DNA from: Gnetum montanum
Taxonomy: Eukaryota; Plantae; Gnetophyta
Direction of reading: 5' to 3'
DNA length: 64,000 nt
Assembly (NCBI GenBank): GCA_015680685.1
Contig: MNCI01001153.1
Location: forward strand, 751,160-815,159
The translations under genes and the position numbers were made by a program. Of this stretch, positions 27,355 through 40,190 are shown piece by piece. The notes beneath the pieces are model-generated. The model saw only the letters and a program-made list of their open reading frames with translations, ran no database searches and was not told the origin of the DNA. How positions within the stretch are numbered: position 1 is the first letter of the stretch; each line of letters opens with the position of its first letter.

Positions 27355-29394
27355 TGTAGCATCTAGAAATGTTGATGGTTAGAACACCAAGGGTCATCAG
27401 GCACATAGCTAAACCCTGAGTTCATGGGAGGGCCATGCTAGAAAAGATGGAAATGGGGTCCTTGACTAGTTCAGTTAATTAGATAGGGACTTATGTGGTG
27501 TAGAATAACCATTTGTGAATAGAGTTTTGAAAGTGTCACACACAAGAGTCAGGAAAACCAAGAATGGGACATACACAACAACGTGAGTGTGCTAATGTGT
27601 ATTAACAATAAAACTAAGTAATTATGCTAACAATTTGAAATACATGCTAAAAGAAAATAAAGTATGAGTTTAGGTGAAGAAATGCACCAACCCAAGTTTC
27701 AGGAATGTAGCTCTTAATTAAATGGTGTATTAAACTAGTACACAATATTAGACAAGCATAGCAAGATAGCAAGGTAGTATGGTCATAGTCTTTGGGGCAT
27801 TAGAGGCATAGTGTTGGCAGCCAATAGGGGAGCTAAACCTACTAGGTTGGCCATTATCATGCTATGCAGGTATGGAGTCATGATGCTCAACAAGGTGTCA
27901 TGCTTGAGTTCTTAAGTGTAGAGGTGAGGAAAATGTTGGAAATGCTCTAATGTTGAGATTTGCCGATCATCAACTCTTCACTTGGCAATCTTTTGCAAAA
28001 TTCTATTATAAAAGCCAACCCTTGGAATGTTGATTACTGGGGTATTTATAGAGCCAAGACTAATGAGGCATGTGGATTGGATGCCACGTGGCTTGGGTCC
28101 TGTGTAACATGAGTGTGAGTAGGTCACACTGACATGCTACACTCAAAGTGTCAATCTCAATGATGTATGCTTTACAGAATAGGAATGGGAACTAAAAATC
28201 TACCAAACTATGACCATACTACCCAAACCACATGTGCCAAAGTATAAAGGACTATCATGTACCTACAAAAAATGCTAAAACACAATGCAATTTGGAGCCT
28301 ATGCTCTAAGACTATGTCTTCCCCTTCTTTTGAGTAGGGTCAAGTGTAGGAACAATTTTGGAGATCAATAAGGGGTGCAAAAGGAAGGTAAATTGCTGAT
28401 CTTGACCACTAGAAAGATGTTGAAGCTAAGAAGAAGGTTGATGCCAAGTTTTGGGAGCTCCTAGAGGCATTTGAAGGTGTTTCCAAAGTGTTATGCTATC
28501 TATGCTTCCCAGCATAACGAAGCGTAGCATGAACACTTGAAAATTTTTGCAATTTTTGGCCTACTACACTATCTACATTGCACAACATAGCCAAGCATAG
28601 CACCAAATTTTTAGTAAATTTTGTCAAAATTGGAAATGCCACTATGGGATGTAGCAAGATAGGCAACTTTAGCAACTAGAAAATGCATCTTCCATGTCAG
28701 AAAAGCTTGATGCCTCCTATCAGCCTCAAAAACCTATGATGTTGGCTGCACTATGTAGCATAGTAGGTGATAGAAACAATATCAAATAGTTTTTTTAAAA
28801 ATTCACAAGGTTTCTTTATGGCATCCTAACCATGCTTTGAGGGTGAAGTAGGATAGGCAGTCTCAATACTAAAAAATTGCCAAATTTGACAAACTCTAGA
28901 TCCAACACTTAGGAAAATTTTAGCTCTTGAACTCATGGTACAGTGTCTACACTATGTAGTGTAGCAAACCCAAAAGATAGAAAATTTGCAAAAAAAAAAT
29001 TCCATGCTAAGCAGCTTTGACAACTCGTAGCCTAGCACGTTGGTGGACTGGCAACCAGGACATGTGTCAAGCTGGGCAAGTCAAAGAGCATAGCAAGCTT
29101 AATGGCTTGGGAGATAGAAAATTTTCCAAACTATTTGGTCCATCCTTAGTGCCCTTTTGACTTCTTTTGGCTTGATGTTTATGTAAATTAGCATTGTAAA
29201 CATGTGCTACGCTGGCTGTGCTAGGGAGCGTAGTAGGCAGACTTAGAAAAATTTTGCAAACATCAGGATTTCCATTGTGCTATGCTATCTACGCTGTGTA
29301 GCATGATGCCAGACTTAGAAAAATTTTGCTGAAGTTTTCACACTTGGACAATTTTGTTGTTGAGTCACAAGAGCCCAAAAGTAGTGGTGTTTTA
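27355..29394 (-). repeat. 5' LTR of the Tat/Ogre-like element
   Basis: Colinear with 9806-11774; followed by the GTACT TSD. Confidence 0.9.
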
Positions 29395-30800
29395 GTACTC
29401 AATCAAGTAGTAACTAGGGATGAAGCTTTGTAGTAGCTTTTGTCTAAACTTGAAGAGGATGAGTATGCAAAGGATTCAAAAATCTTTAACCAGTTCTTAG
29501 CTAATGTAACCATCTACAACATTGAGAAGGACTTGTTGGAGGTTCACCAGGAGAATGAAAATCTAACAAACGATAATCATCACCCAGACACTGTCAATAT
29601 CTAGAAGGAGAAAATGGTTAAATACATGAGATAGTAGTAGGAGCAACTTGCGAAGGTGATAATGGATTTAAGGAGGTTGATAGCTGATAAGTGTTCTCTC
29701 TCAATGGAGGAGGTCCATGTACTTCATCATAGATCTACAAATTGTTAGTTGGAAGAATGAGGCCTTGAAATTCAAATAGGTTAAAAATCACTATAGGAAC
29801 CACGTTGGCTTGCAAAATGAAATCAATGAAAAACACATCCAACTGGTGAAGATGAAGGTGAATGAGATCCTCTAGTAGCTCCAACAAAGAGGTGATGTAT
29901 GGTAGCTCATGTTTGATGGATTGAATGAATATAACAAGGCTAAAATCCACCTTAAGAAGTTGCAAATTAAGGAGATAATTGAATACATGGAGCTCACCAA
30001 TATCTGCTATGCAAACTTAGCAATGCTAACTTCTAGAAGACTATCATTGGATTTGGAGAAACAAGTGGCTAGCTTGTACCTATTTTATAAGGCTGAGTTC
30101 AAGCACCATAAGGAGACCAAATAGAGGCTTGAAATACTACATGAGAAACTTGATGTTCTCAAGTAGCACTTTATTGATCAAAGATCAATAGTTGAGAACC
30201 TAGCCAGTATGTTGAATGACTACTAGGAGCTATAAAATGATGTCAAAGTGTTTGACATTGAAGCAATTCATAGCCTAGTTCATCAATGTGAAGGATTTTT
30301 TTTCCTACAATGCCCTATCCATGGAATGGTCCTATATCGGCCCACATTGATGATGTCACATGGACTATGTACAATCCTTGAAGTAAGGAGGAAAAGATGA
30401 AAGCATTGCTAGATGCTTTCTATCTTCCACTAGCAATCGTAGCTGCAATTGGATAGCCACAACTACAACCTCAACCACAATAGTTGCATGCATTGAAGAC
30501 ACAAGAAGGTCTTTTAGCACCTCAAGAACCTTCACTACCTAGGATTGTCTAATTTTCTTCCTCATCATAAAGCTGATAGTAGAGTTGTTTTATCAATTTT
30601 TGTCATAGTATTCAATTTTTTTGTCATGAACATCAAATTTTGTAATGATTGTAAATTTGTACTCTTGGGCACTTAGTGTTTGTTTGTGTTAATTTGTGTA
30701 TTAGTAGTTAGTAAATAATGTCATACCATTCAAAAATTTTGTAAAGAACTTGTTCCTCCTTTTGACTTCTGGACAAAGTGTTCATTCAATCATGGGGGTA

Positions 30801-31622
30801 TGATAAGTCATCATCCCTAAGCTACATCGATGTGATCATGTCAACTTGGAGTTTGACATGTTGATGTGTACATGTCGATGCTATGTCTTTTTTCACCTAT
30901 ATAAATACATGCATTAGTCACATTTATGGCATCCATTCATTAGTTACTAGCTAGACTCTTATGCTTTCATTTCTTCAAAGTTAGAATATTTTTTAAATGT
31001 CAATAGTAGGAGTTGAGAAGTGTATAGATCTTTATTTGAGCACTATTATACCTGAGCATCTCAGTGTAAATGACAATAAAGATGAGCTTTCATGATAAAC
31101 CATATAGCACTTGAATTTAGCCTAATGTTTATTTAATGCATTTATTATTCATGAAATTTATTTTAATGCATTTACTCAATTAATTCATACTGATAATTAA
31201 AGCACATAAGTATGACCATCTCGAGCATATGCTTAACTCTTGGTAATTTCAGTAGTGCTTAACGCTTTATAACCCAATAGCATTATAATGTGTTTACGAT
31301 GTTTATGGAAGATGGAAGCAAATGCTTATGTGAGGAGTAGTTAAGCATTAATTAGTTATTAGATTAATTAAGCATTTAAATAATTTATTTTTTGCACTTA
31401 GATAATTTAAATAATAAACATAGAATGATAAAAATCATATGCCTCAATTACATTTAACCATACACTTGCATTTCACAAGTGAAACTCAGAAGACAACAAT
31501 CATGTCTATTAGATTCACTACCTAGACCCAACGTACTTAGAGAGTTAAAGTCTATGGAATTTAACTAGATCTCTTAGTGAACACTAGTGATTCATATGGT
31601 TGGATGTAGGGATTACTCATTG
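30801..31622 (+). repeat. 3' LTR of Athila-like element A
   Basis: Starts TGATAAG after the PPT; TATA box at ~30898; ends TTACTCAT like the LTR ends of B and C. Right end approximate. Confidence 0.6.
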
Positions 31623-34360
31623 GTCATTAGCAACCTTGAAAATTCATTCTTAGATGAGATCTTAGTGTACAATTTAGTAGAGCAGTTAATGAGGATCTCG
31701 TATGTTTAAATAGAATTTAATTTGAAGTCATGGTGCACATGTTATGTGTGGTTATATGTAGGGGTATTGAAAAGGAGAAAAAATCATATATATGAAATAG
31801 TGGTGTGCTTTTTAGTGGGATCCACACCATGGGAACAAGGGTTGTTGGATGGATTTCTGACCTTTGATTTTGATTTGTAAGTTCATGTGAGGCTATGGAT
31901 TTAGTCAAGACCATGGCATTGAGCAATTGAGTCTAGTGGAGTTTTGGTAAGGCATAGTTAAGACCTATCCTTTCAGTGATATGTGTGCCTTGGCTATTAA
32001 GGATGTTAGTAGTGAGGCTATTGCCAAGATTCGACCATGAGTGAATTGTTTGGGATCATGAAGCTAATTCAACAATAGTAGTGAGGTTATTCCAAGAGTT
32101 GCTGATGAGTCCCTTTAGCAATGAGGATAACCAAGACCTAGTCTTCATAGATGCTTGGTTAAAATATACACTCTTTGGATTTTTGATGGACAATTTATGA
32201 TATCTTTGGACATTAAAATAATTTAAATGATAATCCAATGATAGTAGTGAAGTTATTCCAAGACTTGGTAGTTTTTGTTGGGAGTGAGGATGACCAAGAC
32301 CTAGCCTTCAAAGATTCTAGGATAAAATATACATTCTTTGGATTTTTTATATTTCTTTTGAATTTTTGAAAAAATTGTGGCAATTTTGGACTTGAAATAT
32401 TTTTGAATATTTTATTAGAAACCTTGTTTAGCCTATAACCTTTGACTTTTGGCCCATAACCTTTATGCTCTATGAAGAGGAAAGTAAAATAACCTTTCTT
32501 ATTTGGGTAGTTATGACTGCTCCCACATTTTGATGCAAAAGTGCTTAGAGTAGCCATGGAAACACCAAAAGAGGAACATGGGATGAAAGGTGGACCAATT
32601 CTATACAACATGGGTCTTCTAAATTTGAAAAATATTTTATGTATATTTTATATTCTTGAAAAAGAGAAGCCTTATATACTTTTTCAATATTTGAGCCCTA
32701 TACCTATTTTTAAGATTATATGATAACATATAATAGATATGAATTTTCCGTCTGTGCCTTTAGGATTGTGAGATTGCAAGGAATATTTTTCATTTCAGCA
32801 TGCACAATATCTTCAAAAAATTTTAATATTATTTATTTTATCATTTAATTTAATAAACTTCAAACATTAATAACTATATTTCTAATGTTTTTTTAGGTGA
32901 AATAAGCATCATTAGGGTCATTATTTTATGTGCTATTTTATAATGCACTTAGTGAAATTTTTAGACATCTAAATTTTTACGACTATGCAAAACTTTAATT
33001 TTCTCTAAAGAAATTTTATTTAATTATATATGAGAGCATTATAAAATTTTGTGACATTGAAATGTTCCATTAAATTTAAATTTCTAATTAATAATATTTT
33101 TTTATTTTATGGCTTTCTTTTGAGTTCGTAAATCAAGATTAAGTCTAGATCCTTGGGATTTTGTAGCATTTCTATTAGTTATTTATAAGATATTTTATAG
33201 ATAATTAACAAGGGCTTTACAATCACTATAGTCAATATAAACTAATTAGAAAGGCTTTACACTTTTTTTACTATATGACTAATATGTGTTTCATTGTAGG
33301 AGATGGATGAAACAAGAGAGCATATTTCTCCAAGGGTTAGTGCTATTTAGACATTCAGCATCATGCACACATATCATAATATCACATTAGACATCCACAA
33401 AATTATATGTCAATTAATGTCTTACTATGTAGTCACTAACTCATTTGAAAACCTACACTCACAATGCCATGATAGACTCATCATGCATGGCAATTAAGAA
33501 TCATAAAGACTATACTCAATACATGTGGCATTATATGCTCCATTGCTAACTTATCAATATCACACAACTTGTGTTCCAATATACACATGGACAAACTAAT
33601 AAGACATGACCAATACATCATATAAGCTAGCAAATATTCACTACCAAGCCTTTGATCCTATTGAATCACAATACTGCATGACCACATAAAAAACATATAC
33701 ACACCAACATTCTTTATTACTAAGATTAGACACACATATCATATCACATCTATTACATAGTCATGTGGTAGTTAGTATATCTATACTCAGTGTAGCATGT
33801 GTATTAGTTTTCACGAGCATTCATAAATCAATTCAAATGTTTATATGTTTTTTATGAGCTATTATTATATTTGACTAGTATTAGAACCCATTAACTAGTA
33901 ACTTACAATCACTAATCTTCTAAAATATTTAATATAGATGTAATTAATGACTCTCCTATATTACATACTACTCATAGGACTCAAACCTATGTTATACCAC
34001 TAGTAGGATGGTGCTTGAGATAGGAGCTATGTTGATATATGAATTAATCCAAAACTACCTATATTGTACCTCATCATCAATTAGTCTATACACCTCATGC
34101 TAGCTCTACTTGCTAACTACCCAAAAGCAACCCATGGTACATATATCATTATGTATATATAAGACATACTAGGCTTACTTAAAGTTCATCAAACTCATAT
34201 ACTAGTACCTATGATACATACAAAGGTAATAGAACCAATAGACACAAGCATCTAATGCTAAATGTAATTGTTCTTACCTATTAAACATTACATAATACCA
34301 TAGATCATTACAAATCCTAATACACTAGTAGTCATAATAAATCCTATCTCATAATCTCTG

Positions 34361-34834
34361 TGATAAAGTCAAGTTTTTATTACAAATGACATAATAGCAA
34401 TGACATCGTATCAACAATGTCATTGATACAATGTCAACACTATTAATATGTCATTGTTGATATGATATCTCAGGATGTGTGTAGCACTATAAATATGACA
34501 CTTGGATGCACAATTCTCTAACTTTTCATTTCCATAGTAACCAAACTATTTGAATTTCATTTCTTAAATTTAGGTTTAGTAACTAGTAGTGTGAATGCCT
34601 ATAGTGGTGTGTGTCATAGTGAACGGAATCTTTGTTTGAGTAGTTTGTACTTGGGCATTAGTTGTGAATAGAAATAAAGATCAAAGCTATTTTCCATCAT
34701 TGTAGCATTCTCCTAGTTTACTGTTTTCACTTATTATAATGTTTACTATTTTACTATCATAATAATTTATTTTCCAAAGAACTTTATTTTCACTTGTTAA
34801 TAGTAAGTGGAATGAATATGACTAATTTTGAGGG
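34361..34834 (+). repeat. 5' LTR of element B, left part
   Basis: TGATAAAGTCAAG.. colinear with 53500-53970. Confidence 0.85.
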
Positions 34835-34847
34835 TGGTATCGGAGCC
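34835..34847 (+). promoter_or_regulatory. Minus-strand primer-binding site, tRNAiMet
   Basis: TGGTATCGGAGCC versus the canonical TGGTATCAGAGCC (one change, compatible with a G:U pair). Confidence 0.9.
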
Positions 34848-35000
34848 TTGTTGCGGTTCTTCGTCATTCACCGCCAGGGGTGGACGTGAGGGTTGCTCAT
34901 AAGCTCGTTCGTGCAGTGCGAGTAAGCCACGCCGTAACGGCCGACGGACAGGCGAGTAAGTCGTGCACGCTAGAATCTGAACGCAGAGTAGGCACGTCTA

Positions 35001-38000
35001 ATGGCGAGTTCTTCCCGAAGACCAACTCCAGGTTCTCAATCTACTTTCTCTTATATTCAACGTTTGTCAAACTATTGCTCCTCAGCGAATGCTAGTATGT
35101 TGCCACCACCTCCATGCCAAAAAGATTTCTATCCCAAATCCTCATTGCACACTTTTGAATCATTTCAGTCTATGCATTTTAGTGAATGTGATCTCGGTAT
35201 TGCTGGCTCTGGCCTTCGTCCAGTAGCTCTTACTTTTTTTGACCCGGGGGAGGTTGCTAAATGGAAAAAAGCAGGTTATCAATATATCCATCTTGCTGAA
35301 ATTGCTATTCACCTTCATCCACACTTCAACTATCATCTCAAAAAGCCTTACTGGATTGCGTTAATAGATAGGAGATTTAAATCGTTTCAAGAAGCCATTA
35401 TAACACAAGCTAAAGGTAGGTTAGTATCCGATGCTCTAATTATAACGATTCCTAACTTTACTCTCTCGCTTTCTGATCCACATTTGTTTAATAGTCTAAT
35501 GCTTATTACTTATATTCCTATTGATATTATAGATCGAAGTGTTTATTGCACAATAGGTACAAGGTTAAGTTTTAAATTATTTATTTCAGTCAGTATCCAA
35601 ACACTCTTACCTTTTGGCCAACAAGCTCTCTCTGTTGGTTCAACAAATTTAGAATACGGGACACAGATTAACACAGAGGATCTTCCGATCCATAGGCTTT
35701 TTCCAGACCTAGAAGATCCGTTAGAAGAATACTATGAGCAGAAAAGACCTAAAAAGTCTTTATTCAGATCATCATCTAAATCTCGGAGATACTATGTAGA
35801 ACTACAACCACCAAAACTCCTTCCTTATGATCCATTAGCTCCCAAACCTATAAAACCCACAAAACCAGTAATCCTGTTTAAAAAACAAAAATCAACTTAT
35901 GAAGAACAGGAAGAAAAAATAAAAAAGATGGGAAAAATGTTCAAAGAACTAGGTATCACTTTAGATCCTAGGAGAGTCATAAAACAAAAGGGAGAAAAAC
36001 CTGTAATCATCACTGAACAATCAGAAACAGATCAAAAAGGAAAAACCATTCTAGAAGAAGTCTATACATCTAGTTCTAGTTCTGAAGATGATGTACCATG
36101 CTCAATAAAATCATCACAAAGTTGTACGCATAAGAATCTACATAAGATAGATCATGACATTAGGTGTGTTGAGTGTGATGAGTTATTAAGGATCAACATG
36201 AATACGGAAGAACCAAAAGAAGTAGCACATATGATGCAATATAAGCCATCTGTAGAACAACCTTCTGAAGTCATTAAACTCCATAATTGGACTAACCATA
36301 AGTTATCCTATGTAAGTGACCAAAACTTAATGACATATGCAGAAGTAAAAGAAGTACAAAGAGATGTAAAAGATTTGCATAAAATATGGGTTCCTAAACA
36401 AAAAAATGGAAAATCTAAGGGTAAGAAAGAAAAGAAACCTGATCCGTCTGATCTAGATGGAATTTACTTAGATTCACCACCTATCACTCCTCCTAAAGGA
36501 AAAAAGAAATCAACAATACCTTATGTCCCAACTTATGTCCCAAAAAGACGACCAGTACATACAATTCCAAAATCTGAAAAAGGGAAAAAAGAGGAGGAAG
36601 AGATTAATGCTAATGAAGAAGATAACGAAACCCTTTATATTGGAAGTGAAGGATCTTTAGATGAAGAAGAAAAGAAAATGTTACAAAAACAAGGAATGAT
36701 CTTCCAAGATCCTAAAGATTTGACAGGTATGCAAATCCGAAAGACATCAGAAAAACCACCACCATATTTTAGTATGGACAACAAATCTATTAGAGAAAGA
36801 CAAAAAGAGATTGATAAAATCAGCGGTTTCATCGCTAGGCAAATTGTCTTAGAAAAGAAAACATATGAACATGCCATACTCAACGCCACATTAAATTTCG
36901 AGGGTATGTTAAAACGTTGGTGGAATTTCATAGAAGCTCCTGTACGAAAAAAATTATTAAATAATCCGCATGTTATTTTCTTAAATGCTATTACAAAAGA
37001 ATTCTTAGGAAATAAAGCTGATAGGGATAGTGCATATAGAACTTTGTTTTATAGTTCAAGATTACATAAGATTCAGGACATGTCTCCATTCCTTGACATC
37101 ATGGAAGAATGGTATTACTATGGAAAACTCATACATGACGTAGGTGCAAAAGAACATCTGTTAGGATGTCTTCCAACGCCTTTTGCTAGTTATTATCGAG
37201 CTCAACTTCAACATGAAGAAAAGGATCTCGAGGAAATGAGTTTTAGTGCCATCCGTCAATTCCTTGAAAAAGTCACAAGGGATCTGTGTGTCCAGCAAAA
37301 AACACAAAAATTAGTAGGATCCTTAACTAAACAAATAGGTAAAGACTTATGTTTACAAATGTGTCCTGAAGATAATTTTGGACAGCTAATTAGAAATAGA
37401 AAACAACAGTCTGAGCCATGTGTATGCAAACCTACACAACGTACATCACAAAAGTACTCAAAACCAAAGAAAGTCTGGAAACGGAAATTCCAGCCAAAAA
37501 TCAAACGAAAGAATTGGCCACAAAAACCTTTTAAAGGCATGTTTAAACGAAAACAAGGGCCGTATAAAAACAAGGAAGTCAGGTGTTTCATTTGTTCAGG
37601 GAAGCATTATTCTAACCAATGCCCAAAAAAGGATAATCATCCTCAACGCATTAATTTCATTGAAACAATGAAACTTACAGAAGATGATTTCTTCCTAACA
37701 TATGATTCTGACTTATCATTCTCAAATGGGGATATTTATTTAGAATCTTCAGATCAATATTCTAGTGAAATGGAATTCGAAGATATTCCTGACTACCCCA
37801 ATGAACCAGGCGAGTTAAATTATGATACAGATTCTTCAGGGTATATGTATCATGTTTACATGAATGAAGAATCAGGAAGTGATGATCTCTATGAAAGAGA
37901 TCCAACATATTCCATGTTAAAAAGCCAACTACGCCAATTAGAAAAGAAATGGCAAAAGGTTCCTTTAGATGACTTACATAAATTTAGGGCCTACAAACAC

Positions 38001-40190
38001 AAAGTAAAATCTAAACGGAATGAGATTGAAACACATAAGCAAATGATTGAGGAATCATTTGGTATATATCAAGATTCCCAGAATCCAAACACCGTAGATT
38101 TTGAAGAGGAGATACAAACACCACATACTGAAGAAAGAGCAGTTACACCGGATATACAAACTTCTATGTGGCGACAGTTTCGTATCAAGCAACTCAAGAA
38201 GTATCTTCAACAGGCCTCCGAGGAACTTGAACGCTTAGAACAACAAGAAGAGAGTTGGCAACAAGCAGAATATGAGAAGGAAACAAAACAGGTAAGCGTA
38301 ATCCTAGAAGTAAACTGTAATACTTCACGACCAATCTTACCTGCCTGTACATTTAATATATCATGGCCTAAATATCATAGGTATACAATAGATTTTTTGT
38401 TTGACACAGGCGCGGAAGTATCACTTGCTAGAGAAGAAACAATTCCATCTTGTTTTTGGGAAGAAAAGGAACCATCCCACATTTCCTTCAACACCCAAAA
38501 AAGATTACTCACAAAGCAAGCTAAGTTACCCGTTGTAATGCCTGATAAAAAAATAGTGTATTTTATTGTCTGTCAATTTCCTTTACCCTCTTATGATTGT
38601 TTAATAGGATCAGACAATTTACAATATTTTGATATTACGATTACTAAGCAATTTATCAAACTAGATGAACAGAAGTTCCCTAGGGTAAATGCTAGACAAC
38701 AGTTTAAAAATCAAAAACACCAAAAACATAATCAGAAAAGAGAAACTTGGATTGTTAACCAAATCGAAAAATATCAACCAAGTTTTGACGACATAAAAAC
38801 TCAATTACTCCAATTTGCAAATGATGACCCGACTGTGTTTCGTCATAAGAAAGAACATTGGTGTCAGATTGAATTACAAGATGGAGTAAAAGTAAAGTCT
38901 ACTGCACAACATATAGGAATGTCTCCTAGTCTCAGAAAAGAATGTGAATCAGAAATCCAAGAATATTTACAAAGAGGTTTAATACGACCAAGCACCAGTA
39001 TGTTTGCTTGTGCTGCTTTCTTTGTAAACAAACGAGCCGAATTAGTCAGAGGAAAAAAACGTTTAGTAGTTAATTATAAACCTCTGAATGATATTATTAA
39101 ATCAGTCCAACATCCTATTCCAAATAAAGATGATTTATTTCAACGACTGCCACATACGAATATCTATTCCAAGTTTGATTTGAAATCAGGATTTTGGCAG
39201 ATCCAGATTCAGGAATCTGATCGTTGGAAAACGGCTTTCACAGTACCCGGTGGATTATATGAATGGAATGTCTTGCCGTTCGGCATCAAAACTGCACCAT
39301 CCATTTTCCAAAAAATGATGGATTCTATTTTCCATTCTTATCCTTTTATATTAGCCTACATAGATGATATTTTAGTTCTGAGTAAATCGGTAAAAGAACA
39401 TTTAGATCATTTGCGTATTTTTTCTGACCTCATAGATAAAAATGGACTTGTCCTCTCACCAACAAAAATGAAGATCGGACAGTCTAACATTGAATTTTTA
39501 GGTTTAGAAATCTCTACTGGTATTATAAAATTACAACCACATATAGTCCAAAGTATTGTTCAGTTTCCTGATATCTTAGAGAACAAAGTCCAGATACAAC
39601 GGTTTTTAGGCTGCATAAATTATGTTTCTGGTTTCTTTAAGAATATAGCTAAGGAACGAGATGTATTAAATATATTATTACAAAAACATTCTCCTCCATG
39701 GACCCCTGCATGTACTGAGGCTGTGCAGAAGATCAAACAAGCATGCCAAGAATTGCTGCCACTGTTTCTTCCAGGTGAAGGTAAGTTCATCCTTGAAACT
39801 GATGCCTCTGAATGTTTTTGGGGCGCCACTCTAAAACAAGAACAAAACCGTACGATCAGGATCTGTAGATATGTTTCTGGAAAATTTAATGAAGCACAGC
39901 AGAAATATCACAGTTCTCATAAAGAACTTCTAGCCATTGTTAAGGGCATAGAAAAATTTCGGTTATTCCTCCAACCACAACGTTTCATCGTCAGGAGTGA
40001 TTTAAAACATTTTGACAAGTATCTACAATCCAAAAACCTAACAAAGGTGGCTCATACACGGCTAATCTGATGGAGTTTATTTTTGGCTAATTTTGAATTC
40101 GATAGTGAATATATTGAAGGCTCAAAAAATTGCCTTTCTGATTTTTTAACTAGAGAGTTCCAACTCTCTAGTAGTACTAATGTTTTATAG
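35001..40190 (+). CDS. Caulimovirid ORF1 polyprotein: 30K movement protein - coat protein with zinc knuckle - aspartic protease - RT - RNase H. About 1729 aa, with one premature TGA at 40068-40070
   Basis: MP: YIHLAEI..LIDRRF..PNFTLSLSD. Knuckle: CFICSGKHYSNQC (37584-37622). Protease: FDTGA (38400). RT: AAFFVNK..RLVVNYKPLN, SKFDLKSGFWQI, YIDD (39357). RNase H: ETDAS..KELLAI..RSD. The frame continues past the stop as WSLFLANFEFDSEYIEGSKNCLSDFLTRE to TAG at 40188-40190. Confidence 0.93.

Larger units (their letters stand above)
9806..29394 (-). mobile_element. Complete but degenerate Tat/Ogre-like Ty3/gypsy retrotransposon (~19.6 kb, ~2-kb LTRs)
   Basis: Homologous LTRs at 9806-11774 and 27355-29394. 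Perfect 5-bp TSD GTACT at 9801-9805 and 29395-29399. PBS-like TGGTGATAGAAG next to the 5' LTR and PPT GACAAAGAGGGACCAA next to the 3' LTR. Domain order gag-PR..RT-RH-aRH-INT on the minus strand. Confidence 0.9.
8148..30570 (+). pseudogene. Extra (env-position) ORF of element A, interrupted by the Tat/Ogre element; coding remnants at 8148-9805 and 29400-30570
   Basis: TGATTATAG|ATGG start context as in elements B and C. The coiled-coil-like remnant 29909-30124 (YANLAMLTSRRL..QVASLY) matches B at ~52810-52900. Confidence 0.55.
5501..31622 (+). mobile_element. Athila-like Ty3/gypsy element A, 3' part only (integrase C-terminus, 3' region, extra ORF, 3' LTR), split by the Tat/Ogre insertion at 9806-29394
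   Basis: 5501-6170 matches the integrase of element B (47650-48300). The downstream noncoding region and extra ORF are homologous to B. PPT ATGGGGGTA at 30792-30800 is followed by a TG..LTR. Confidence 0.7.

Noticed and set aside
31623-34360. AT-rich DNA with a ~170-bp direct repeat (32075-32350) and short ORFs; similar sequence at 54326-56930
   Set aside because: No recognisable domains or termini; probably decayed repeat.
35001-40070. The long ORF as a gypsy gag-pol or as part of element B
   Set aside because: It has a movement-protein domain, no integrase and its own Met PBS, and it interrupts only one LTR.
40068-40070. TGA as the true ORF1 end or a readthrough codon
   Set aside because: Conserved RNase H C-terminal residues follow in frame, and CGA>TGA is the simplest explanation.
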